A stretch of DNA of 57,412 bases, counting the filler, from Circinaria calcarea (lineage: Eukaryota): NCBI GenBank assembly GCA_051942165.1. It is 3 parts of 3 records of this genome, joined end to end, with 100 filler letters (N's around TTAATTAATTAA, not from the genome) between each part and the next. Parts side by side here need not be neighbours in the genome. Positions count along the whole stretch, not along the records: positions 38,387 to 57,412 come from JAVECS010000219.1; 2 more parts are not named here. One strand, 5' to 3'. Below are positions 45,738 through 57,412 of this stretch, in pieces. The number at the start of each line of letters is the position of its first letter. Position 1 is the first letter of the stretch. A model generated the notes under the pieces. It searched no databases. It was not told the DNA's origin and saw only the letters and a program-made list of their open reading frames with translations. The position numbers were made by a program, and so were the translations under genes.

Positions 45738-46378
45738 TCAATGTGATTCATCCCGTATCAGCGCAACGATCATACTATATAGATAGAAGAAGAACATGAC
45801 CAGATGAAATCCAAGCTTGATGAAGGACTCCTAAATGCGATTGACAACCCAGTTAGCCTTCTAAAGTAGGCCCTTAGGAGCATGACTCTTTACCTTCTTA
45901 TGTACGTTGAGCTTCCTAAAGATTTCTGTTGCATCAAGTAAATGTTGGTTGTCGAATATTCTACTACGCCGTCAGCATGCTCCATGACTTCTTCATCGGG
46001 GTATGTGCCTACTTTTTGGCATTAAACACTAGGAGCGGTAGGTTTAGGATCAATGCAATCCAGTAACCGTTGATAAGGAAAAGGAAGGTTAAGAATGCAT
46101 GGACGGCCGCTTCAGGGATTATGTAGGTATTGAGTCTATTGCATAGGTCGATGGGGTTGATGTAATCGCTGTTGAGAGAAGTGAAGGCTGTCAGCCAGGG
46201 CACTCAATAGAATTTGTAGACGAGTTACGGCGATAGAAAATACAGTTGGCGGCCGAAGCCCAGAGGGTACATACCATTCGAGGTCACTGTACATGATGGT
46301 AAAAAAGACTTGTAGAAACAAGTTCACAGCATTTATTAGTACCGCCAACAGGTACAGCCATGCTTCACCGGACATCAT
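45738..46378 (-). CDS. ERV14: ER cargo receptor cornichon/ERV14; 4 exons
   Basis: [97 protein letters not shown] (stop 45740-45738). Confidence 0.95.
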
Positions 46379-46820
46379 TATGGCTGATTTGCTCTTTTAC
46401 GGGCTAGGAGACCTTGGACACAGCGCTGATCCAATGTTTGGAGAAGGAACTGTGGGAATTCGACTCTGAAATGCGCTGCCTCAAGCACTTCACATCCAGT
46501 TGCGGTTTGTGAGCCGGTCGCTTTAGGTGGTAAAGATCAGATCGACGTCAGGCAGCTGTTCGGAAGATAAGAGCGAGGACTTTGGAGTATTATGGGAACG
46601 CAAAAGAGATTGCAAATACTCGACAGAATAACAGCTGTGATGATCGATTGCACCTTTACGGTCTCGTGAGGTAAAAAGAAGCTGGCGGCGCAGTCTGTCC
46701 AAGAAGGGCAGGGGGTATCCGCCAGTTTTTCACATGTCTGTTCAACGCCATTATCAACCGGGTCTATGGTCTGATAAAGTGATGTTCAGGAGCGATAACA
46801 TCAATAGTCGTTCTATTCAT

Positions 46821-48312
46821 CTACAAGTCTCTCTCTGATGCTAGGGGTACTTGCGCAAAGTCCCGTTTCATGAAGGCTGTTAGCTCTATCAAGCCCTGTT
46901 TCAAGACGTCTGTTTGGCACACGAAGCCAATGCGGACAAAACCTCTGAAGTCCTTTCCATTTCCGAAGCATAGACAGCCAGGACAAAACATCACTCCTGT
47001 CGTGCGATGTAGCAATTTGCATAGTGCCACATCGTCCACCTCCTGCCCTTGCCTCGAGAACTTGACAAACGCAGTAGTACCGGCAATTGGCCTGATCCAC
47101 TGGCACGCCCATCTATGATCATCGATAAAACGCTCGAGGATACTCAGATTGGTCTGCGCAAGCTTTATATTCCGGCTAAGCAGGCTGTGAATACAATCCG
47201 GGCCTAGAGCGAAGCTTGCGATTTGGTCGTCTATCTGGCTGACAGAAATTGTGGTATAGTCCCTTGCCATTGCACAGGAGTCAATGAGTGCACGAGATCG
47301 AGAAGCTATCCAGCCGACCCTTATACCGGCTAGAGCGTATGCTTTGGACAAGGATCCCGTCGCTATAGTCTCTGAATACCCCATTGATAAAATCGAAGGG
47401 GGGAAGTGGGGGTCCATTGGGGAGATTGCATGGAAGAGCGGCCTGTATACTTCGTCACTCAGTATAATAAGCTTCCGTTCCTGTGCAATGGCCACGATCT
47501 GCTCGAGTAAGCTCTTGTTTATAATTGCACCGGTAGGATTGTTCGGGTTACTGCACGTCGGTGTTAGTTGCTTCCTCTTTGTAGAATTGTCATCAAACTA
47601 CTTAATGATGATCATCTTGGTTTCCGGGCGTATCAAGCCTTTTAATTCCCCGATATCCAACTGCCAACTTCTATCTTCACGTGCCCTCCAGAAATTCACA
47701 TCTGCACCTAAGCTGGCAGGTACCGAGTAGAGTTGCTGATATGTAGGGTAATGACAAATGACATGATCTCCTTTTCCGATGAGTGCGTAAAGCAACATGA
47801 AATTAGCCGCAATAGCTCCAGGAGTAATCAGGATATTCTCCAGCGGCAGTGGCGAAGCCGCCTTGGCCGAATATAGTCCAGCAAGATTAGACCTAAGCTT
47901 TTCAGAACCACGTATAGCCCCATAGGTAAGCTTCGTAGAGGGATTGATGATGGATTTAGTTTTGTCTTCGGAAAGACTCTGTAAGTCCGCCATTGAGATG
48001 GAAGCAGCGCATGACTCAGCGATATTAAACTTTGCCGTCGTTTCGTAATCATCCATCCACTTGAAAAAGGTAATGTGTTAGCCCGTCCGTTTTCACCGAG
48101 AATTGAAGATCAAAATAGGATCTTTCCTTTCAAGTATAGGAGAACATAGGCAACCTAAAGATAGCATGGTACAAGCTTCGGGCTGAAGTCTCATTAAATA
48201 TGAGGCATTGTGTTTCTTAAGAAATCACAAGATAGCATGAGATATGGAAGCTCCCTTATACAGGGTAACGTACCTGCTCGACCTTAAAAGGTTCGATTAG
48301 GGGGACTGCCAT
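46821..48312 (-). CDS. PLP-dependent aminotransferase class I/II; 3 exons
   Basis: MAVPLIEPFKVEQ|WMDDYE (intron 48273-48060), ITPGAIAAN, NNPNNPTG (intron 47601-47551), LSDEVY, PLP-lysine motif GSLSKAYALAGIRVGW. Confidence 0.92.
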
Positions 48313-48884
48313 ACCGTGTCTTGAGCAAATTAATTAAGGAATAGAAGATTTTTCATTATGATATTCTCCGGTTGAACAGAAGAGCAAAGGTTCAACTATG
48401 CGCTTGGTAATCAAAGAAAGGGACCACTTGGCAGAGTGTTTGATTGGTTCATCGTCGTACGTCCCATAGATTTGGTTGAACAGCGCCAAAAGAAACAAAC
48501 ACCTATGGAAAGCCAGATCACGTGGAGATTTCGGGCATATCTCCGCCAAATCTGGGGAAATAGCGGACCAGTAGATACGCTTGTCGTTCTTAGAGTTATG
48601 CATCTATTCTTTCCAAGTCATGCAAGTCATCGCCTCTCTGGTGTCCCGCCACTTTATTTACTATCTTGCGCCATCCCGGCCTCTCTTCACCAGTCTCACC
48701 AACGGCAGGACAGAAGAGATTACTGTGTACAGTACGTTTAGATATCCCGAGACTCAGCATACATATCAGACCTAGTTGAGATTTTAGTATATTTAGAGAC
48801 CTTGACTTCGCCGATAGAACCCCCGTTCTAGGCATCTTTATCCACCTTCGACAACTACTTAAAAAATCGGGCCAGGCGACTCAC

Positions 48885-51800
48885 ATGCGCCCAACAGGGG
48901 CTGCCTTCGTGGCCGCAGGGTTATTGAGCCTATCGTGGGTAACAAACGCTTATCGAAACTATTCAAGAGCAGATCTCCTACAATCCAGCTTCTCCATCCT
49001 CGAAGATCGGCCGGAAGGTTGTCCACCATGCCCGTCATGTTTCAACTGCAACACCCCATCTGACACCTGCACCCAGTATGCCTCATGCAACAAATACAAT
49101 GGCAAATGTTCATGCCCATCTGGCTTCGGAGGAGATGATTGTTCGGAGCCGCTATGCGGCTCGTTGGCAGACGGTACACAAAGGTCACCTAGAAGGAAGG
49201 ACCAGAAGTACTGTGAATGTAAAGAAGGATGGGAAGGCATCAACTGTAATGTCTGCACGGACAATCAAGCCTGTAATGCCTTGATGCCGGAGGGAGAGGG
49301 CGGAGTTTGCTACAGGCAGGGAGTCGTGGTCAATCAGAATTATCAAATGTGCGATGTCACCAACCAGAAGATATTGGATCAGCTCAAGGAGCAGAAGCCA
49401 CAAGTAACATTTTCTTGCAACGCCGAGGATGCAACTTGCGAGTTCCAGTGTAAGCTCCACCTTGCGGATATTGAGGATTACGCTAATCCCTTATAGTCTG
49501 GGTTGATCAGGTTGAATCGTTTTACTGTGCTCTTGATACCTGCTCGTGGCAGGCTGAAGTCAACTACAATCAAAACTCCACAACATACAACTGTGAGCAC
49601 ATCAAATGCAAGTGCATACCTGGGAGGATGCTTTGCGGAGAAGAAGGTTCTATCGACATCGGCGACTTCCTTGACCAGTCTATTGTCGGCCCAGCATCTT
49701 TCTCTTCGCTATCTACCGAAGGCGGTAGCAGCAGGGATGGTAGCAAGTTCGAGGAGCCGGCGATGAATGACTTGATCAAGAGTGTCTTTGGAGACGAAAG
49801 TATCACCCTGAATTGTAATGCTGGTGAATGCCTTTATCGCACCCAAGTCCCAGGATATGAAAGACCAATCCCGAAGATCAACACCCCATTGATCGCTGGG
49901 GTCATTGCCGGGTGCGCTTTGTTTGTGGTCGCTGTGGTCTTGCTCGTCTGGTATCTATCAAGGAGATCATTCAATGGACGGGGACCCATCTACCTGGATG
50001 ACTCGGACGATGAGAATTCGAAGATGATGGCAGACCACAAGCCTGCCTCCCTCCAATTCGAAAACGTCTCCTACCATCTCAATGGGAAGCAAATACTTTC
50101 CGGAATCCAAGGAATTGCGCAACCAGGCCAGCTCATGGCCATCATGGGCGCATCTGGGGCTGGAAAGACTAGTTTTCTCGACATTCTTGCCAGGAAGAAC
50201 AAACGTGGTGTCATTGAGGGTCAGTTTTATGTCAATGGAGAGAAGGTCATTGATACCGAATACCGGTCGGTTGTTGGTTTCGTTGATCAGGATGATACGA
50301 TGCTGCCGACTTTAACAGTTCACGAGACCATCATGACAAGCGCCTTACTCAGACTACCCCGAGACATGGGTAGATCTGCTAAAGAGCAGAAAGTTGAAGA
50401 GGTCGAGAAGCAACTGGGTATTTATCACATTAGGGACCAGTTGATTGGCTCAGAGGAAGGCAAAGGAAGAGGTATCTCCGGGGGTGAAAAACGACGAGTG
50501 GGTATAGCTTGTGAGCTGGTGACGAGTCCGAGCATCCTCTTCCTCGATGAGCCAACTAGTGGCCTCGACGCCTTCAACGCTTTCAACGTTATCGAATGCC
50601 TAGTAACTCTCGCCCGAAATTATAATAGAACCGTCATTTTCACGATTCATCAACCTCGATCAAACATCGTCGCTCTCTTTGATCAACTCCTGCTCTTGGC
50701 TAAAGGGAGAGTTGTCTACTCCGGGCCATTTTCCGGATGTCAACAGTACTTCGACAAGATTGGCTATTCCTGCCCACCTGGGTTTAACATCGCCGATTAT
50801 CTTGTGGATCTGACCATGCACGCGGAAGCAGCACGTACAACCTCTGATGAAACTGTGTCACAACCCCTGAACGGAGCCAATGACGACACACGGACAGTGT
50901 CTAGCAGCATGAGAGCAATAAAATCTATTGCCAGCGCATCAAATGTAAGCGTGGACAATAGCAGCTATGGCAGCCAGACGGAGTCACTCTTGAGACCTAA
51001 GAATATGCGGCGACAGTCTCTCAAGCAACAGCAAGATCGCAAGCTTTATTCACGAAAGAAAAGCGGTCTTGAAACACCGGATACGCCTCGAACTGAGGAT
51101 GACAGCCCAGACGCCATCGATGATCTTGAAGCTTCACTCAAAGTTTCCAAAGCTCGTGGCCAAGTACCGCCCAAGATTCCGGAAGATCCAGATCAGCCTC
51201 TTCCACCTGCTTCAGCTCTGGGCACTGATTTGGATGATCTGATAAACCATTATGCCACTTCGGAAGTTGCAGCCTCGTTGCATGATGACATCCAGGCTTC
51301 CGTTCGAAGTGCGACCTCTGTCAATGGATCTGCGAATGGCCAGCCAAATGGTGCATCGAAGTCCGGGACGATGAAAAGCTACAAGCGTATCGGACGCCTC
51401 CGCCAGTTTGTAATTCTTTCACAGAGAACATGGCGGAACCTATACCGGAATCCTATGTTGATGCTTACACACTATGCCATTGCAATCCTCGTTGCCGTCA
51501 TGTGCGGTTTCCTATTCTACGGCCTCACGGACGACATCAAAGGGTTCCAGAACAGGCTTGGTTTACTATTCTTCATCCTCGCATTATTTGGATTCAGCGC
51601 TTTGACCAGTCTTACAGTATTCTCATCTGAGCGACTTCTCTTTGTACGGGAAAGAGCTAACGGGTATTACTCGCCAATCACTTACTTTGCCGCCAAGGTC
51701 GTGTTTGACATTGTGCCTTTACGCCTGATCCCGCCAATTATTCTGGGGGTCATTGTTTACCCTATGACAGGCCTGGTACCTGCGTGGCCCGAGTTCCTGA

Positions 51801-52275
51801 AATTCATGTTAATCCTGGTTCTCTTTAACCTCGCCGCAGCGGCTATCATCTTATTCATCGGCATTGTATGCAAAGACGCAGGCGTTGCCAACATGATTGG
51901 GAGCTTGGTCATGCTGTTCAGTTTACTATTCGCCGGCTTCTTGCTCAACCATGATGCCATTCCCAAGGTGGCCTTGTGGCTTCAGAATGTGAGTGTTGCC
52001 TTCCTCGTTCCAGGCAGACTTGAAGCTAACAGTCGTAGCTATCCATATTCCATTATGGATTCGAGGGTCTCATGATCAACGAAGTCAGAAGGTTGACGTT
52101 GGTCGAGGAGAAGTACGGATTACAGATTGATGTTCCGGGTGCATCGATCCTGAGCGCGTTTGGCTTTGATGTACTCGCCCTCTGGAACGATGTCATCGGG
52201 CTTGGCGTATTCTCCGCCGTCTGGATCGTGGTCGCTTATGGCGCGATGCATCTCCTTTTGGTCGAGAAGCGGTAG
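48885..52275 (+). CDS. ADP1: ABCG half-transporter with N-terminal EGF-like Cys-rich lumenal domain (ADP1); 3 exons
   Basis: Signal peptide, [10 protein letters not shown] and EGF-like [14 protein letters not shown] segment, Walker A GASGAGKT, signature [20 protein letters not shown], then the ABC2 membrane domain; introns ~49450-49495 and ~51989-52038. Confidence 0.95.
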
Positions 52276-53005
52276 TCTAGAGGCTTCAGTGAAAGCCTCG
52301 ATATTACCATGTAATTATAGTTTGATAGTGGACTCTTTCTTGGGTCCGGGGATACCCATTTCTTTTTAGTCGATATTGGCCATGGTTTTCCTGTACTCTG
52401 ATTATCCAACGGTCAATGACAGCGCCAGAGTTAGTTACCCTCCGCCCTGACTGAATAAGGTAATGACAGTTAGTTAATTAGACTACTGCTGTACTCTTTC
52501 ATGGCTCAAGTTGACTGGTTCTGGTAAAACAACCGCAGATCCGGAATAATTGATTGTTACCGTCATCGCCTTTGTCAATGTCACTTGTTTTCATTCTAGA
52601 AAATAACCACGAGTAAAAACTGCTGGTGGTTGGTGAATCACGTGATGGCGGAAATTAACTTCCGTCTTCCACCCTTCCACCAAGCCTTGAGTCTGGGAAC
52701 CAGCCTTTCCCTGCCGTGACTGCCGGGTTTGGGTTTGGGTTCTGGGTTGCTCGGCTGCAAGACCGCGTAAGTAGCACATACGGTGGCTGTGAACGAACCT
52801 ACGGTAGATTTCAAACGTTGAAAGAATGGGAGAGTTTTTATGTTTAGGGGATCAGAAGGGGATTTCCGGTTATATACGGATATCATGGATTTATTTTTTA
52901 TAAATCTGTTTCATGGACCAAAAGGGGGAAGGGGGTATCTCAACTGCAATGCCGCTGCCTCCGTTCAAAAACTTCCATTTGCTTGCGCCTCCCCATGCCC
53001 CAGAC

Positions 53006-54455
53006 CTACTTGACATAGACGTCTATGTAGTCCATGTCGCTCAGTTCCGTATCGCCCACCCTAGTCGGAGGGTCAAGGCGCTCCCCATCGAAGACGAGAT
53101 AGACGTCTTTGTCGGGTTCGATTTTGTTTGCCCCTCGGAAGGCACCGATGATGCGGGACATCAAGGTCGACTATCGAGATGTCAGTACTCTGTTTCGCAA
53201 AGCCCCGAATTTGAAGACATACGGGCTTAACGATGAGCTTAAAGTCTGCGAAGCCTTTAGCCTTGAGGATGATCTTCACCTGCTCCTCTTGCTGCGGCTG
53301 CTCTTCCGCTGGCTCTTCCGTATCCTGCTCGTGGGTAGTGACGCTGGGGTCTTCCGCCTTGGCCTTCCTTCGGTCTTCAAACATCTCTTCGGTCATAGCC
53401 TCCATGTGTATCTGCCGGTTCTCCTCCCCCAAGATATCCTTTTCACCCTTGGTGACGATATTCCCGTCAGCGTCGACCCCAATCCCTAAGCTCTTGCAAC
53501 TAGTAATATCAAACAGTCGCTTTCCTCTCCAAGTCAAGACTACGGTGCTAGAGAAGTCCGATGTGAAACTCTGTTTCTGACACCAGGTCACACGGACTTC
53601 TCTAAGCCGCTGAGAGAGCCTTCGATTAACGATCAGTGGTAGTGTGTTCGGTATATTTGAAGTAATAAGTATCGATATGACCGGTTCCGGTAGAGGCGGA
53701 GGAAGGGGCGTAGGTGCATGTACCGCAGCCAGCTGATCGATAGCTTTACTTTCCAATGTGGCTGGAGGATCAGGAGTTGTGGTTGCAGAAATGTCAGCTT
53801 GAAGACGCTTCCGCCTAGCTTTCTCACGTGCCTGCCGCGCCAGTTCGGGAAACTCTTCATCTGACAGTTCGAAATCATCATACTCTGAAGGTTTGGTGAC
53901 CTTGACAGCAGTGACCTCAATGTCAGCTTCATCTTCATGTGCCGAGTCAGGCTCCTCGTCGTCACCGAGATCTATAATTTTCGATTGCAGAGTACGCTCA
54001 AGCTGTAATTTGGATGTTGCAATGGCCTCTTCGTAACTATGGACTAAAGTCTTCGGTGCCGTGACCGGCTTTACAGGGCTAGTCGATCTGGATTTGACCA
54101 TTATCTCTGTCTTCGCATGGCTGCTCTTTGGCCCTGTGCTGGTAGCAACAGCTGTACCATCATCGTCCCCGTCGTAGTCATCCAAATTCTCATCCTCACT
54201 CTCATCGGCGACGCGCCTCCTCTTTTCCTCCCGCTCCTCAGTCCCACCCCGAGCTCCCGATTCTTTTTCCTTTTTGGCCAGTCTTCTCTTCCTCCGGAGT
54301 TCTTCTTCTGCAGCGATTGTGGCATAAGTCTGGCTTGACCTATGAAAGATATCGGTTGTAATTGGGGTAGCTTGAGGTCTGGCCCAGGCTGGTCTGTTGA
54401 AGAGCTGGCGCTTGAGAGGTTTTGGATTGGGTATTTCATTCGAAGATGCTGCCAT
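53006..54455 (-). CDS. rad60: SUMO-like domain protein Rad60/Esc2 (RENi family); 2 exons
   Basis: N-terminal LFNRPAWA, SIM-like KIIDLGDDEE, SLD1 ISILITSNIP..VLTWRGKRLF, and SLD2 completed by intron 53222-53171: VKIILKAKG..VKPSTLMSRII..YLVFDGERLDP..VGDTELSDMDYIDVYVK*. Confidence 0.85.
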
Positions 54456-54737
54456 GATAATGTCAAGGATCCCAAATGCTGGTATCCGGGCATCGGTCAA
54501 TGAGTACGGATACCGCCGTCAAATTAGCAGGTACAACAGTGTACCGTTATGAACTGAGGTCAGACCGGATAAACACCACATGCGAATTGTGAAATCGCGA
54601 AACTCAATTCGAGGTGGCTCGAGCTCGTTCTACTAATACGATTAGGGCTGCAGGATTCTAGGCCCGACGGAGAATTATAACGGCGCCTGCTCGCTTCGAA
54701 AGAACTGCCTAATCGAGAGGAAAGTTCAAACGGGGTC

Positions 54738-54820
54738 GAGCGGAAAATGGGCGGAAAATGGACGGAATATGGGCGGAAATGGGCGGAATATGGGCGGAAT
54801 ATGAGCGGAAGATGAGCAGA
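54738..54820. repeat. 11-bp minisatellite (consensus GGGCGGAAWAT), about 7.5 copies
   Basis: GAGCGGAAAAT GGGCGGAAAAT GGACGGAATAT GGGCGGAAAT GGGCGGAATAT GGGCGGAATAT GAGCGGAAGAT GAGCAGA. Confidence 0.92.
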
Positions 54821-55794
54821 GGCCCTTCTGCTCAGTCATCCTTCAAGTCTCGGGGGGAGTCCGTACCCTCAACACACGATATCATTGCCGAAGTGCATTG
54901 CTGTTAGGACAAGGTGAACTGATAATATATCACTGAGGTTTTCGTGCTTTCAAAGGATCGATTTATGCACCATGTCTCAGGACTCACTCATGATCTCACT
55001 TTTGAGAGGAAGGTAGGCATTGAACCAAGGGCAACAGAAGCCTTCATCTTGAAGTTCTAAGTAAAGCTGAAGGCTACTGGGAAAGATGCAGGGCGCCGCC
55101 AGATCTAGAAGATACCAATCCTAGATAGCTATCATCCAATTACTGGTTCGACTATGTGCAATTGTGTAACTGGCGGTGTTTGCCAGAACATGGAGCTCCC
55201 GTGGAGAACTCGGAGCTAGATTTGTTCCCCTCGTTCCCGTCAGGAGAATCATGGCATCGCTGGAGTTTTGGCAGCCGCATACTAATACCGCATACTATTG
55301 CCGCACACTACGAATTGATAGGGTTCCAGCATCCCAAGGCTACAAACAGCAGGAGTGAAATCTAATCAACAGTCCCTACGGTATGGACCTTGTGTAAGGA
55401 AAACAAACCATAACAGCTCTGCATGTCGAGCTGACAATCCTTTTATGGATCTTTCAGAATACCAGAAGCCATTAAAGAGAGAAGTCGGTGCTCTCGGTTT
55501 GACTTGCTGGAGTCCTCCGATCGATTAACGTTCAGATGGTGGTTCGTTGATCTTAATAGGGGAGCTAATGAAGCACCTTTGCGGCAAGGAACAGTGCCTC
55601 TGATCCACTTGATTTAATATATAAGCGGCGAGCAGATATTGACTAAGGTAGTTCTTATGTGATGCCTGAAGAACACCAGAGAAGCTGAGCTTACTCCTAC
55701 ATAGCGCTCACTGGCCCACTCAAGGAATCAACTGCCTCACCTGCAGAGTGCACTCTTCTAGCAGACAAAAGTTTGCAGTGACTACGTTTCCGCC

Positions 55795-57177
55795 ATGTCT
55801 TGGTCTCCTCCAACAAATTTGACCGAACAGTATGTTGCCGTCATCGGTGCTGGGACGTTGGGGCGTCGAGTTGGGCTGGCTTGGGCTGCAAAAGGGGGGA
55901 AAGTGAAGGTGGTGGATACCAAACGCGACGTTGCCGAGGAGGCGTTGAAATGGATCCAATCGCAGTTGCCAGACCGGTCCCGAGCGGTCAAAGGTACACC
56001 GGGCCGAGTATCCATTGAGATGGATGCGCAGAGAGCCGTTCAAAACGCGTGGATGGTTGTCGAGTGTGCTCCCGAGATTGCCAAGATCAAAGTTGACCTC
56101 CTCGGGCAATTGGACTCATGGTGCCCCCCGGCGACTGTTATTGCGACCATCTCCTCCTCTTTCAAGAGTAGCGATCTCATTGGTAATGTTAGCGAAGCTG
56201 GTCGAAGGCGAGTACTCAATACCCACTATTTCATGCCTCCTGAAATATCACCGGTTGAAATAATGTCTTCCGGTCATACCAATCCCATGATTATCCATTT
56301 CTTGGTGCCTAAACTCCGCGAGATTGGCCTTGATCCAATCGTGGTTATGAAAGAGTCCACTGGTTTCATCTTTGGTCGTATTTGGGCCGCCACGAAAAGG
56401 GAAGTGATGATGGTACTGGCTGATGGCATTGGCACACCTGAGGAAATTGACAAGCTTTTCCGGTACAGTTTTCAATCACAAGGGGCCCCTTGTGACCTTA
56501 TGGATAGAATCGGCCTCGAAACTGTCTGTAACATCGAGGATCATTATATTGAGAAGCGGAACAACATCCCCGCTTATCCTGTTGAGTACATCCGCAAAAA
56601 TTACGTTGATAAAGGCACCCTTGGTATCATGACTGGGAAGGGCCTTTTTGATTATCACGAAGGTTCGCCCAAGACTGATCAGGGTAAGCAGTTATTGCGG
56701 CAGCAGCTACTCGGCGCATGGGAGCTTGTCGAATATTCGGCCTATCTGAAAGATGATCCTTCCTCAAAGGTCTATCCAATGGGGAAGGATGCCCAAGGCA
56801 TAATCATGTATACTCATACAGGATACATGTCCGCTCAACTTCAGATGCCGGGCCAATCGCATTTCAGAACCAACGATCTTAATGGCGCCACCAGAGAAGA
56901 GTTTGCTGAGGCTGGCAAACACTACCTGGCGTACACAGGTCCTTTTTATTTGGACGAGAGTGGGGAGGAACCTTTATTGCACCACCACATGAGCAATTGC
57001 AGCTTCCCCAACTGGCTCGGCAATACACAGAGACGCCTCATAAAGATTGCAAAGGAAGGTGAGGATGATTATTTGACCTTGGGTCCTGAAGGTGAAACGA
57101 TGATCATGGGCAAGATAAGGACTGTACGCCTGGTTTGGCGGAGATTGTCTGAAAACCATGCGGTTCGTCGAGGATGA
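55795..57177 (+). CDS. 3-hydroxyacyl-CoA dehydrogenase family protein fused to a C-terminal lipocalin-like domain
   Basis: Rossmann VAVIGAGTLG, VVECAPE..K, NTHYFMPP..VEIM, ESTGFIFGRIW and GAPCDLMDRIGL, followed by LLGAWELVEY..PMG..GIIMYTHTGYMSAQL..YLAYTGPF..SFPNWLGNTQRR (Lipocalin_5 pattern). Intronless; TATATAA near 55618. Confidence 0.88.
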   Translation: MSWSPPTNLTEQYVAVIGAGTLGRRVGLAWAAKGGKVKVVDTKRDVAEEALKWIQSQLPDRSRAVKGTPGRVSIEMDAQRAVQNAWMVVECAPEIAKIKVDLLGQLDSWCPPATVIATISSSFKSSDLIGNVSEAGRRRVLNTHYFMPPEISPVEIMSSGHTNPMIIHFLVPKLREIGLDPIVVMKESTGFIFGRIWAATKREVMMVLADGIGTPEEIDKLFRYSFQSQGAPCDLMDRIGLETVCNIEDHYIEKRNNIPAYPVEYIRKNYVDKGTLGIMTGKGLFDYHEGSPKTDQGKQLLRQQLLGAWELVEYSAYLKDDPSSKVYPMGKDAQGIIMYTHTGYMSAQLQMPGQSHFRTNDLNGATREEFAEAGKHYLAYTGPFYLDESGEEPLLHHHMSNCSFPNWLGNTQRRLIKIAKEGEDDYLTLGPEGETMIMGKIRTVRLVWRRLSENHAVRRG

Positions 57178-57339
57178 AACATGAAGGATAGCCACCAAAA
57201 AATGCTACACTCTGGTTCATTCAATTACAATGTTGGAAGATACTTAGTTACTTTTGAAGCTACTTGCAGCTAGAGGACCTGTTACCTTCTGAGGCCAATG
57301 GATCGTTTTCAATGTCCAACCATCTTCGCCCTCCACGAA

Positions 57340-57412
57340 TCCCCTTCCCTTCCCTTCCCTTCCCTTTCCTTTCCCTTTCCTTTTTTTCCCCTTCACCTCC
57401 CCTCCTTTACCC
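57340..57412. repeat. Polypyrimidine low-complexity tract, (TTCCC)n-like
   Basis: TCCCCTTCCCTTCCCTTCCCTTCCCTTTCCTTTCCCTTTCC at the end of the window. Confidence 0.85.

Noticed and set aside
908..54455. Functional cluster of SUMO and nuclear RNP genes (ULS1-like, coilin-like, RPA43, KAP95, PRP17, Rad60)
   Set aside because: The genes lie on three artificially joined contigs and are interspersed with unrelated genes; ordinary housekeeping density explains the pattern.

Overview
Gene-dense, intron-containing genomic DNA of a filamentous ascomycete (Pezizomycotina). The inference rests on short GT..AG introns with CTRAC branch points and on fungal-type proteins. Two artificial 100-bp spacers (N44-TTAATTAATTAA-N44 at 19102-19201 and 38287-38386) join three contigs. 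About 21 protein genes can be reconstructed by hand: a ULS1/RIS1-like SNF2-RING ATPase, the group III hybrid histidine kinase (NIK1/OS-1), a large coilin-like protein, RPA43, a gap-broken membrane J-domain protein, a PPR protein, a histidine acid phosphatase, an F-box protein, WDR8/WRAP73, a TFC7-like histidine phosphatase, RPS22, a RING-LysM-UBA-like protein, importin-beta KAP95, a PTH11-like membrane protein, a PD-(D/E)XK-like protein, PRP17, ERV14, a class I/II aminotransferase, the ADP1 ABC transporter, Rad60/Esc2 and a 3-hydroxyacyl-CoA dehydrogenase-lipocalin fusion. Four observations stand out. (1) The TFC7-like gene has three tandem, sequence-related candidate terminal exons behind one donor, and only the distal one ends in a PTS1-like -PKL. 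(2) An apparently uncharacterised gene has both coilin signature domains. (3) An intronic H/ACA snoRNA (snR44 orthologue) sits in RPS22. (4) RPS22 also has a structured 5'-UTR intron. All family calls come from motif recognition by eye; no database searches were run.
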